From positions 186,001-250,000 of the forward strand of contig RSEE01000058.1 in NCBI GenBank assembly GCA_003971905.1: a stretch of 64,000 nt of DNA. Reading direction: 5' to 3'. A program made the translations under genes and the position numbers. The notes beneath the pieces were generated by a model that made no database searches, had not been told where the DNA came from, and saw only the letters and a list, made by a program, of their open reading frames with translations. Position 1 is the stretch's first letter, and each line of letters opens with the position of its first letter. This document shows, one piece after another, positions 52,454-64,000 of this stretch. This DNA is from Moniliella sp. 'wahieum' (Eukaryota).

Positions 52454-53516
52454 ATGTCGCTTGCCTCCTCCGCGCCCTGCCGCTCCAGCTCGCCACGCCC
52501 TCGGACTCAGCTGGCCTCTCCGGCCGCACGCCCGCGCGTGTGCGTGTCCACCCCGCCGCCCTCTTCTCCATCCTCGACCACCACCTCCGTCGGCCCGACT
52601 CGACCGAGGACCAGCAGGTGCCCGATTCGGTCATTGGTACGCTCCTGGGCACCCGTTCCGACGGGGAAGTGGATGTACTGTCGGCCTTTGCTGTCCCGCA
52701 CGCCGTTACCCCCGACCAGGTCTCGGTCGAGGTCGAGTACCACCGCCAAATGCTCGACTTGCACCTGCGCGCCCACCCTGCGGAACAGGTCGTCGGCTGG
52801 TACGCCACCGGTTCTGGCGCTACACTTTCCTCCAACTCGGCCCTGATTCACGACTTTTACAATCGCGAAACAGCTCCTTTTGATGCGGTCCACCTCACCC
52901 TCGACACGGACCTCAAGGACGCCAATCTCGCCGTCAAGGCTTGGGTCTCGTATGTATCGTATCCTTCCTTCTCTTCGCGCCATCCTCCCATCGCTTCTTC
53001 ATCGCTCATCCCATCGACCCTCGCTGGTCTTCTATTTTCCTGCCTACTGACACGTTGCTCAGCTCGCCGCTGTTTGGCCTGACCCACAAGGCGTCCTCGG
53101 CTGCGTTCAGCTCGGTGCCATTGACCTTGTCGTACGCGGCGTCGGAGCGGCCGGCATTCAACCTGCTGGCCAAGCGGACGCCCTCTCCGCTGTCGGACCT
53201 CAGTGCGCTGGCGGCATCCTTGACCGAGGTGCAGGAACAGTTGCGTCGCGTGCTTTCCTACGTTCAGGCCGTCGTCAAGGGCGACCAAGAGGGCGACCCG
53301 GTCGTGGGCCGGTTCATCCTCGATTCGATCGCAAAGGTCCCTGCCGGCTCGGCGTACAGTACTACCACCACCAACGACGAGGTGCCACCCACCTCGGCAA
53401 CTCACTTGGAGGAACTGTTCAACTCGCACTTGCAAGACGTGCTCATGGTCTCTTACTTGGCCAACTTGGTCCGTGGCCAGGCAGAGATCTCGTCGCGGCT
53501 CACGTTGCTGGCGTAG
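52454..53516 (+). CDS. eIF3f: Translation initiation factor 3 subunit F (MPN domain)
   Basis: VHPAALFSILDHHLRR, VIGTLLGTR, AFAVPH, VVGWYATG, HLTLDT, FNSHLQDVLMVSYLANLVRGQAEISSRL. Intron ~52950-53062. Confidence 0.93.
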
Positions 53517-53831
53517 ACCCGATTCCCATCCCCACCCCACCCCCTTCCCTACCCTTCCCTACCCTAACCCACAACCCTTTCCCTCTCTCCATTTTGACCC
53601 TCCTGTACCACTACAGCACCTGCTCCCTGGGCGGATGCTCTTGTCTGCCCCTGCTATGGGGACCGAAAATCTACCTGCCTTGGCATGGAAACATGCAAGA
53701 AGCGAGAGCCAAGCCTAGGCTCCTAGTGAATCAAACGACACGTACAGAGACAAAGCCAAAGCGTGTGTAATAGGAGAGGAAAGAGCAGCCGGGGAGAGCG
53801 TGCAAGGTGCAAGGTGCAAGGTGCAAGCAGC

Positions 53832-54646
53832 TTAGCCCAACGTATGGGTATGTTTATGCCGCTGTGCGCTGGACGTCATTCCCCGTCCGGCCCCGACCAC
53901 ACCACCTTGGCATTAGGATCGTCCGGGGTACGGAACATCGAAGTACCCTTGGCCCCGGCGATCGCATACCCTTTCTTGGCGCCCTTGGTGGCAAAGCGCT
54001 GCCACGACGACTGCTTCTTCTCCGCTTCGATTTTTTTCGATTCAAATCGTTCCCGTTTCTTCTCGGACCGGCGCTTCCTCCTCGGCTTCTCGCTCGGCTC
54101 GGCCTCCTCTTCCTTGCGCTTCGACGGACGCACAATCTCTCCCACTACAGGCGTAGTCGACGCAGCGGGAAGCGCGGCGTTGTTGCTCTGCGGTGCCGCT
54201 GGAGGTGCCGATGCCGATGCCGGCGCACGCACATCCTCTTCCCCCACTTGCTCCGTATTGCCATACCCATCAAACACGACCGTGTACCGCGCCCCATTGA
54301 TCCCGTAATACGCGCAGGGTAGAAAAGCTTGTCCAAGGCGTACCGCGCCAACACCCCGCCTCTCCCACAGCGAACTTGGGCGCAGAAGAGGGGGAGCCTC
54401 CGACTCAGCCCCGCCCACGGACGATAAAGTGGATGCACTGGCTTCGGTAGCTGTCACATGTTCCCGCAGAATCTGAATGATGCTCTCCAAATCTTTCTTT
54501 AGGTCAAGAAGGTCTTCCCTGTCCGGGTCAATGGACAGTGCTTCCTCGACCATGGCGAGCTGCTGCTCCTGTTGCGCTAGCCTGGGCTAGTTAGCACCGG
54601 TCAGAGACAGAAGGAGGAGGACGTGGACGTACTGGGTGGCATCCAT
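53832..54646 (-). CDS. SPF30: Splicing factor SPF30/SMNDC1 (Tudor domain)
   Basis: QLAMVEEALSIDPDREDLLDLKKDLESII, FYPARITG..YTVVFDGYGNTEQV, KQSSWQRF, SMFRTPDDPNAKV. Intron with GTACGT donor near the start. Confidence 0.88.
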
Positions 54647-55799
54647 GGTAGGTACTGGACAGAGCACGGAGAGAAACAAGGACAGCAGAGATAACAAAAG
54701 TGACGCAGAAAGGAGGGGGTGCGCGTTGGGTACTTGCCGCAGGATCTAGACGGACGGAGTGGAGGGGGTCGGGCGGTGACGATGCTGGTGGTGGTGATGG
54801 TGGTGGTGATGCTGCTGGTGGTGGCGGGTGGCAATGGTGGGACGAGATGCAGATTGGGCTTACGTAACGCCCCTCCCCAGCAGCCACCCTCGATTCAAAT
54901 CATTGCGTGGGCCCCAAAGTGAAACTTGCAGTTGGAATCGCACTGGCTCGATCATCGATTAACGTTAACGTTCAACGAGAGCCAGCCATAAACCAGGCTA
55001 AGAGCCCACTTCTACAGCTCCAACAGCTCCACTTGACCCCTCCCCGCCCTCACCAGGGCTGGAGAGTATTGCCTTCACATGGCAGCAAGAATACAAGAAT
55101 TCATGGGGCGGGTTCCAACCGAGACGGTGCCCGACCTCGAACATCTCTCCTACACCTCACGGTATATTTGTACAGGCCGCGTCCCCCGGTCTACTCCACC
55201 CCAGCTTAGGAACAAGGGAATGATGATGGATGTGGATAAGGAAAGGAAGAATGGAAGGAGGGGTGTATCCCAACAAGGCGAAATCGGATGAGATGTATAT
55301 GGGATCACACCGTTCAGAGTTCAGATCATTCAGGTTCAGGGGAAATGGGAAAAAAAAAGGCGAGTACAAAACAGTAGACAACAAAAGCAGAACAGTTAAC
55401 CGAACCCACAGACATGGGAGAAGAGATGCTACCGAATCAAGGATTATACCCATCCATTGACAAGGGGTTTGTATTGGATTTCACATCAGCCTTGGCTGGT
55501 GTGCTTTCAAAAGGTCTCGCCAGTGGCTGCGAAATGGATTCATGGCGGATGAATATCAACCAACGCAGATGAGACGTTGCATGTGGCAGAGTAATAAGAT
55601 CAAGATGGTACGGTGTTCGAATTCAAGCTTCAAAGAGCCCGGTGGGGATGCAACCCTGAGACCCAACTTGCTTGTCAGTGACCAGCAGTTCTGGCGTATT
55701 AGTATCATGGGTAGATTCCACTTCGACAACTCACATGCACCGTCTACGATCCACGGTCCCCGGTACATGCGTGGGTCATGCCTCATGGGCCACACGAGT

Positions 55800-57481
55800 C
55801 CCAATGACTAGTCAGGTCGGTTGGGACTGCTTAGGGGACGCTGGGGGGAGGGAGGTTGGGACGAAGACTGCCACCGCTGCGGAGCGAGTAACTTGGACCA
55901 CCGCTTAAGATTTGCTTTGGAGCCAGTCTTACTCGTCCTGGCAATGTCGATGCTCGGGCAGGACCTTCTTTCTCCGGTGCATCTCTCCGCCTTCCGCTCC
56001 AACGACTGAACCACCAACGGAACTGACGAGCGATATTGTCGAGCCTTTGTGCGGTCGAAACCCGAGCCTCGATCCCCGATCCTCTTCCTCCGTACGCACC
56101 GTCGACGTCGAGGACGTGCGTCTTCGAAAGGGTCGACGCAGGTTGCCAAATCGTTGGGACCCCGTGCGAGGAAGACTAGTTCCTTGTCCGGCTTCATCCG
56201 CATGGAGAAGGGGCTTGTAGGAACTGGGAGGTGCCGTGTCGGCTGTAGACCGAGGTGGGACCGTTGCACGTGCTGGCTGGGACGCTTGAGGTACTTGAGG
56301 TGCTTGTGCTTGGGATGACAAGGGCGCACCAGACGAGGGAACGCTCCTCGTGCCATTTTCATTTGTTGGAAGAGTCCACATCATCGTTTTTGGATGGATG
56401 GGCAAGGTAGGAAAGGCGTCCACGTTGACCTGAGGTTGAAGTGGTGGGCCTGTTTGCTTCGTAGTAGAGGTCTGAGCCGCGGCTGGTTGTTCGGCTCCAC
56501 CGGCGGGGGAAGGGAGGCCTTGGGTCCTGTATCTTCCTCCTCCGTTCTGGACTTGTGGGGGACTCTGATGGCACAGTGAGGGAGTGGTACATCCACCGTA
56601 GTGCCAGTCGATGCAATGGGGTGGGTGGGAGCTGCATTCGGAGATAGGACGCGCGATTCGGAGGGGAGAGGCGTGGTGGACAAACTGCAAACTGACGCAG
56701 CAGGGGCGCGACGGACAACGGAGTGCAGTAGCAGGAGCAGGGTTAAGACCGCTTGACTGGTCGCGAGGTAAAACACCCAGTAGTGACCTACGTGCTGCGC
56801 CCCCACCAGCCCATGAAAGCGCGCCGCCTCGTACATCGTCACACCGTACGACCCAATTGCGCGGTAGAGGTGGGTAGCGTGTTGGCGCCAGCTGGCCGAG
56901 GCGGACCAGACGGACACCGCCCGCGCTTCGTACTGCTTCACGGCTTCAGCCGCGCTGTCGAGTAGCGGAAGTACTGCACTCGCAGGGAAAGGGGGATGTG
57001 CTGGATCACAAGTGCGCGTCCTTGCCACAGGTACGGGCGGGCATGGCGATGCAACGAGGAGGTCAGGCGTTGGAGGTGGTGCTTTGCGACGCAGCGCAGT
57101 GGCACGCTAGGGCGTAGTATGTGCCCGCATTGGCCCGGACCAAGTGGGCGGTACGGACCAGGGGTGGGGACGGGCGGAGGAGGGCACGAAGCGCGCGGGC
57201 GCTGCGCACCACGGTCGTAGGGACGGGGGCGGGGCGTAGGGCGGGGCGTAATAGGCTGATGGTGTGGATGGGCCGGCGGGGAGGGCCAGAAGAAGAGTGT
57301 CGGCGAGGAGGAGGAGGAAGAAGAGAAGGCGGGCTGCCAGGGCATCGGGGGGGACAAAGAGGCGGGCGAGGAGGGCGATTTTGGCGAGGTGAGTGCGACG
57401 GGGGCAGCGGGGGGGCGGCGGCAGGGGCGGCGGATGGAGGGCGAGGAGGGCAGAGGCGGCGGACAAGGCGATGGCGGTGGC

Positions 57482-57512
<31 letters not shown>

Positions 57513-57532
57513 AGGGAGGGGCGGGTGGGCAT
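55800..57532 (-). CDS. Hypothetical membrane protein with disordered C-terminal region
   Basis: Chain of minus-strand ORFs with hydrophobic stretches (KIALLARLFV..RLLFFLLLLADTLLLAL; HYWVFYLATSQAVLTLLLLLHSVV). Divergent from eRF3. Boundaries uncertain. Confidence 0.4.
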
Positions 57533-57645
57533 GGCGTGTGGGGATGGGGTTAAGGTGGGTGGATGGGCGGGAGAGGGGGCGGACAGCCGGGGACGGGAGC
57601 GAGGGCGGGTATTATGGTCCCATGGCGGTTAGGTTATGCTTGCTA

Positions 57646-57670
57646 CGTATATAAAACAGCGTATATATCC
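57646..57670. promoter_or_regulatory. TATA-like elements in the bidirectional interval upstream of eRF3
   Basis: CGTATATAAAACAGCGTATATAT is an isolated AT island in very GC-rich DNA between divergent ORFs. Confidence 0.45.
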
Positions 57671-57978
57671 CAGCCGCTGCGCGGGGCTCCGCCGCCGCAG
57701 CGGCTGTGGCACTCGCACTTGCGCTTGCAATTTCAGTGCGCTGCGAAGCGGAAGCAGCCGCGGGCGGAACCGCACCGGCGGCAGCGCGCCCGCCGGTCAC
57801 CGCGCCAGTGTGCGGGCTAACCCTACGAAAAAAAGCACCTGTGCGCTCGATTTTTTCGCGGGCGGTGCGGCAACCCTGCTGGCCAGCGCCGGTGCGGCGC
57901 CTGTGTGGCCGCCGCGGCCCAGCCTCCTGCCGACCACCACCTCCTCCCCTCCCCATCTCGTCCGTTGGCTGGCGCGCG

Positions 57979-60199
57979 ATGAACCCCAACGCTCAGTCCT
58001 TCAACTTCAACCCCAACGCCGGCAGCTTTGTCCCGCCCGGCGCCGCGCCCCCCCGCGCCCAGGCAGGCCAGCCGGGCCAGGCCCAGCAGGTCCCGTCCTT
58101 CTACCAGCCCTACGGCGCTCCCTATGGCGCCTACCCGGCCCCTGTGCCCGGCCAGCCGCAGCCGCAGCAGCACCGCACCAGCAGCAGGCGTACTACAACT
58201 ACGGCTTTGCCCAGCCCGGTGCGCCCGCGGGCTTGCCCGCCAAGCCCCGTGCCCCCACCTCCTCTGCGGCAAGGACCGTGCTCCCGTAGCTTGAGCCTCG
58301 GCGGCAAGAAGGAGGACCGCAAGCCGGTCACCCTCAGCCTTGGATCCAAGGAGGACCGCAAGCCCGTCTCCCTTAGCTTGGGCGCCAAGGAGGCCCGCCA
58401 GCCCGTCACGCTCAGCCTCGGCACCAAGACTGCCGACAAGAAGCCCGCCGTGCTCAGCTTGGGCGCAATCAAAAAGGAGGAGGCTGCCAAGAAGGCGGCC
58501 GTGTCGGACCCCAAGGGACCCGTCTCGTCCCTCAAGGCCGAGGAAGGTGTGGTTGCAGGTGCCAGCGCGGAACAGACTGGCGCCGAGCCGAGTCCACTTC
58601 TTCCCCTGCCCCTGTTTCTGCCTCTGCCCCTGCCTCTACCCCGCGGCTGCTGCTGCTGCTGCTGCCCCGGCCACCCGCCACGCCCACCCACTCACGTCCC
58701 TCCTCCCCAAACCGAGCTCGCCCAAGCCCAAGGCGTCCGGGACGAGCAAGCAGCAGGCCAAGGTCGACCGTAAGATTGCCGCCAACGATGCGGACAAGAT
58801 CTTGGCCGAGACGAAGAAAATGACGGACGAGGAGACGCTGCGAGACTTGTTCGGCAGTCAGGTGGACACGATGAAGTCGCATTTGAACGTGGTGTTTATT
58901 GGCCATGTGGATGCAGGCAAGTCGACAATGGGCGGGCAACTGCTCTACTTGACGGGCATGGTGGACAAGCGTACGCTCGAAAAGTACGAGCGGGATGCCA
59001 AAGAGGCCGGGCGTGAGTCGTGGTACCTCTCCTGGGCGCTGGACTCGACGCCGCAAGAACGTGAGAAGGGTAAGACGGTGGAAGTGGGCCGCGCGTACTT
59101 TGAGACGGGCAAGCGGCGCTACACCATTCTCGATGCTCCGGGTCACAAGTCTTATGTGCCGAGTATGATTTCCGGTGCGGCCCAGGCCGATGTCGCCATC
59201 CTTGTCATCTCGGCCCGTCGTGGCGAGTTTGAAACCGGCTTTGAACGCGGTGGGCAGACGCGCGAGCATGCCATGCTGGTCAAGACAGCCGGTGTGCAAC
59301 GGTTGATTGTCGTGGTCAACAAGATGGACGATCCTACGGTCCAATGGTCCGAGGAACGCTTCAACGAGATCACCTCTAAACTCCGTCCTTTCCTCCGTGG
59401 TGCTGGCTTTGCCGGGAACGACGTGACGTTCATTCCCGTCTCGGCGTTCTCCGGACAGAACCTCAAGACCAAGGTGCCGGCTTCGGTCGCGCCTTGGGTC
59501 AAGGGTGAAGCCCTGCTGACGTACCTCGACAATCTCGAGCTAGGCGACCGCAAGATTGGCGAACCGATCAAGATGCCCATCAGTGAAAAGTACAATGACA
59601 TGGGCACAGTGATTGTGGGCAAGCTCGAGGCTGGCCGGGTCAAGGTGGGGACAAGTTGATGCTCATGCCCAACAAGACAAACGTTGAGGTTACGGGCATT
59701 GCGAACGAGCAGGAAGAGGAGGTGCCGGCGGCTGTGTCGGGGGACAATGTACGCATCAAGATCAAGGGCATTGATGCGGATGTATGTATCGGTAGGCTAT
59801 GTCTTGACCGACCCCAAGGCGCCAGTGCACGTCGTTCGTCGCTTTGAAGCTCAATTGGCATCTTGGAAACCAAGAACATCATTACCGCTGGTTACAGTGC
59901 CGTGATGCACGTGCACACCTTGTCGGAAGAAGTCACCCTGACCGCACTGCTGCACTACTACAATAAAGCCAATGGCAAAAAGTCCAAGAAACCGCCTTCG
60001 CACGCCAAAAAGGGAATGAAGGTCGTTGCGCTCCTTGAGGCTTCGGAACCCATCTCGATTGAAAGGTACAAGGATTACCCGCAACTCGGCCGTTTCACCC
60101 TTCGCGACGAGGGCCGCACCGTTGCCATTGGTAAGGTCACCAAGCCGTGCCGATACCGACGCCGACGACCTCAACATCGCTGCGCTCAGTACCAACTAA
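57979..60199 (+). CDS. SUP35: Eukaryotic peptide chain release factor GTPase eRF3
   Basis: HLNVVFIGHVDAGKSTMGGQLLYLTGMVDKRT, RESWYLSWALD, GKTVEVGRAYFET, LDAPGHKSYVPSMI, NKMD, LGRFTLRDEGRTVAIGKV. N-terminal PAM2-like and Q/Y/P-rich region. Confidence 0.97.
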
Positions 60200-61629
60200 A
60201 GAGTGGAGCTTGCAACTTGGAGCGTGGAGCTTCGCATTCGGAGCTTCGAGCTTGGACCTTGGACTTGTCGCTTGGTCCTCTTGTAAAATACGCAGTTGGG
60301 GTCAGTCTCTGCTGTTCCTACAGTAGCAGCGGGCGGACCTGATCCCCCCACATTCTTCCCCTCTGCGGCTATCTTCCCTCGAAATCTTTTCTCCCTCTCA
60401 TCTCCCCTTTGGCGGTCTCTATTGGTAGAATACACCATTTGTAGTATGATGGGTACGCCCCTCAGGCCTCAGGCCTCATCGGATTCTAGTGTGCTGGCTA
60501 GTCAGTGGGCTGGTCTGCATTCCACGCTCTCGCCTCCAGATGGTATAGCTAATCATCCTGGCCTTAAGGTGCTGTGGGTTAGGGGGTTAGGAGGTTGCCC
60601 CTTACGTGGTTTCGTTCGCAGGGGGGTTGACAGTTCACATCCCTGGCAGTGACTAAAATCAATGAACTGGACTGTACGTCGTCGGTGCTTCTCGTGCCGG
60701 AGCATTGTTCTTGCTACTGCCAGCAGCGCGTTGAAACGGGTAGGCTGATTGTAGAGTAGGGTCCCATGTAGGCCATGTGTGGAGCACATTCACAGGCAAG
60801 AACACATCCGCGCCGTCCGGTGTGCCCCCCCCCGCCCCTCATATCATGATGGTCTCAGAGCACTGTGCACGAGAGGGATGAAGGCAGGTGTAGACAGAGG
60901 GACGGGGGCAAGTGGGGTCCGGTTCCCCGGACACTAGCGACCGAGCGAATGGCCTGCCAAACAAATCGAATCGCCTTACTTCCGTCCCCAACGACAAGCC
61001 CGTGCGTGAGGGGAAACAAAATGGTGTTCTGTACAAGTCAACTCAGAGAGGGGACATCCGTGAGCAATTACCGCATCTGGGAGAACAACAGATAAAATCA
61101 TTGACCCATGCCGCTTCCTTCCTCTCCCCCATCAGGACAAGAGCTGCTACCGAAGAGGAGCCAAGGGCATCCATCTCAATCTACATTCTGAATTCATTGC
61201 ATTTGCATAACGCAATGACTGGGACAAGGAAACGCTGCACCTATATAGCCACTGGGGTTCTCTCCTCTGTGGTGGTGTGCTACTGATGTACTTGCGAGTT
61301 TGAACAAGGGCATGGCAGTGGCAGGTGATATTACATCACCATCACATGATGACATCAGCACGAGGCCACTGGGTGCATTTGAAAGTTGGAATGTTGATGA
61401 TCAGCGCTCAGCGTCCGCCATCGGTGGCGCCTCGGAGAAAAATCGCAGTCGCACTAACGGGTGAGCGGATAACGAGCGGATAAAAAAATTGCACGCGACG
61501 AAGCACTCTCTGAGCTTGCCTAGGTTGGCGAAGCAAATCTTATCGACCCTTCGCGCCGTTCATTTCCTCCTTTCCAACCCCCCACCAACCCCGTCTTTTT
61601 CGGCAGCTTCCGCGCTCACGCCTGGCGAC

Positions 61630-62945
61630 ATGACTGACTTGGTCGACATCAGTGCGTCTCAACTGCTCTGGCCGTGAATGGGCGCGCCGCTTGATTTCTT
61701 TCTTGGCTGACCCTTCCTGTGTCGCCCCCGCCCAGCGCAGCCGAGGTACGACCAATCGACGTACACCGGTCGTCTCTGGCACTTGTCAGCGTCACATCGC
61801 CTCTCACCCTCTTCTCTTCCCTCCGCCCTTGTCGCCGCTGAGGAGACGGTGCACAAGTACGATGGCGAGGTGTCGAAGGCCAAGTCGGCTCACTCCCCGC
61901 TCTTGGTGCCTCGGTCCCAGGCACAGGAGTACTGGCATGCCCAGCAACTCGTTCAGAGTTCAACCCATCTTGACACGTAGTTTCCTTTCTCTTTCTCTTC
62001 CTGTGCTACGCCATCGGCGGGAGAGCTGACGAGCTGCTGCTGACGCATGGCCGCACGTGCAGAGGCGAAGTGATCCCGCTGCCGTTCCGCATGAGCGCGT
62101 TTGTGCCCACCAACTTGGTGATCGTAGTGGGGATGCTCATGCCGGGCCAATCGTTGGGACGGACCGTGTTTTGGCAGTGGGCCAACCAGTCGCTCAACAC
62201 TTGTGTCAACTGTACGTACCCCCTCTTCTCGACTTGACCCGGCCACCATGCCCCGGGGTGTCTTGCTCTTAACCTCTTGTGCGTTCCTCTACTCTGGGAT
62301 TCTTATTCTGGTTCCAGATGCGAATGCCAACAAGGCTGGCGACGGACTGAACATGAGGCAGCTATTGGGCGCGTATGGCGCTGCGACAACCGCCGCGGTG
62401 GGGATTAGTGTGGGCTTAAGTCTGGCACTCAAGGATGGAAGCCGGTTGCACCGGGCTTGTCGCCGACTGGGCGGACAGTCGCGGCGCGCCTCATCCCCTT
62501 TTTGGCAGTGGGAACGGCATCCAGTGTGAACGTGCCGCATCGCGGTATGGGCGGTGGTTCAGGGGATCCCTGTCTACCGCACCACGACCACGACCAAGGT
62601 GATGTGCAACAAGTCCAAGTTGGCACCTCGGTCGCAGCTGGCCAAAGGGCCGTCGGCGCGACCGCACTGTCTCGTATGATTATGAATTTCCCCATCTTGG
62701 CTGTTCCACCTGCTTTGCTCTCCGCCCTGGTACGGCTCCGCCTCGTGCCCGCCGCTGGCCGCGGCGCACGGCTGGCTGAGATCGGGGTGGTGGGGCTGTC
62801 ACTGGGCTTGTTCTTGCCCCCGGCCATTGCGATCTTCCCTCAGCGCGCGTCGGTGCCGGCGGCGCACCTGGAAGCGCGCTTCCATGACCTGAAGGACGAG
62901 GCGGGCGAGCCGGTGACTACTCTGTACTACAACAAGGGGCTGTAA
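61630..62945 (+). CDS. Sideroflexin (mitochondrial tricarboxylate/serine carrier family, Fsf1-like)
   Basis: [75 protein letters not shown]. Three introns. Confidence 0.93.
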
Positions 62946-64000
62946 TCCGTTCCTCGCAGGTCGGCAAAAGGCGCTGGAGATTTGGAGCTTCAGTAATGGT
63001 GTTTGGCGCTTGTTGCTTGATGGATGCCCACCAAAACACGTACTTTGTACTTTGCTCCTGTGTCTTGGACTGTGCGAGCAGCCATAGTTTTTTCCTTGGG
63101 GGCGACGTTTCCCTGCCCCTCGGGCGTGCGGGTGTGGGTTTACTCGCCAGTAAGGTAGTGGGGTATCGTCGGGGGTGAAGGGTGAAGCTTGAAGGGCAGC
63201 AGGAAGTGGCCGTCACGCGTCTGGCGCCACACCGCCATGGGGCGTGTGTCCCTTGCAGGCGCTGCGATCACCGATCGACCATCGGCTGGCCGGACTCAAA
63301 GTTCAACGTTCACGTTCAATGTTCAAATCCACGGTGAGCCGCCGCCCGCCGCTCGCTTACGGTCGCGCGGCGGCGCACACTGGCGCTGTGCCGTCACCGA
63401 TCGTCGCGTGCTGCCCGGCGCGCCCCGCCCGCACCAGCGCGCAGCGCGCCGGCGCACTGCCCGTGGTTAGCTAAGCCATTACGCATCACGCATCCCCCCG
63501 GCAGGATCTGCGTTGTGTTGGTTGCCTGCCCGGCTGGATGCCTCTCCACCATCTCCAATGGGCGACGAGCGGCGTCGTCGCTGGCGTTGCCGCTGCGCTG
63601 CCGCTGCCCTCGCCTCGCCTCCCCCGCCCGCATCTGCGCCGCCGCTCTCGGTCGGCCGCTATGTCCCCCCGCCGCCCCCTCGCCCGCTCCCGCCTCCGCC
63701 GCGACGCCCTCGCCTCTCGGCTGCCCCTGCCCCGCCCCCCGGCCGCCGCGCGAGCGCCCTCCCGCCTCGGCGCCCTCGAAACCCTAGACGAGGTCTCCCA
63801 CGCCAACGCCTCCATCTCCATGCCGCTGACAGCAACGACCCGGTGTCGATCCCATGTCGACGCCGACGCCGACGCTGATTTCGATGGCGATGCCGCCGCG
63901 GCCCTTCCCCCGACCCAGCGCCCTTGCTGCCGCTCGCGCCGACGGGTACACCCTCGTCGCCACTGACCTCACCACATCACGCTGGCACGAGCGCTGGGAT

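Noticed and set aside
308..60199. Calling the frameshifted genes pseudogenes or programmed frameshifts
   Set aside because: Indels hit all genes, including essential ones, without consistent slippery sites, so sequencing error is more parsimonious.
61461..61483. GTGAGCGGATAAC, matching part of the lac operator
   Set aside because: Only 13 bp match, it is part of a local GAGCGGATAA duplication, and there is no flanking vector sequence.
63500..64000. Possible gene start at the right edge
   Set aside because: GC-rich low-complexity ORFs occur in several frames and are truncated, so no product can be supported.

Overview
Eukaryotic, GC-rich, gene-dense fungal DNA with short GT-AG introns. The gene set and style suggest a basidiomycete, probably Ustilaginomycotina (inference). 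It holds about 16 recognisable genes: complex I 49-kDa subunit, NIPA Mg2+ transporter, SF3B1/Hsh155, xanthine dehydrogenase, HEATR6-like protein, Mep/Amt ammonium transporter, proteasome beta5 and Rpn1, sphingoid base kinase, dual-specificity phosphatase, MP88-like mannoprotein, Mgr2/Romo1, Pex11, eIF3f, SPF30, eRF3/Sup35 and a sideroflexin. There are also about 3 hypothetical genes and a stand-alone Ty1/copia-type gag. Nearly every gene, essential ones included, is broken by 1-nt indels. I read these as unpolished long-read errors, so gene boundaries were stitched by eye and are approximate. The most unusual signal is a pervasive non-coding 7-bp-period grammar, (TNA-N4)n with variable spacers, found in promoters, terminators and introns. 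No rRNA, tRNA or CRISPR could be supported.
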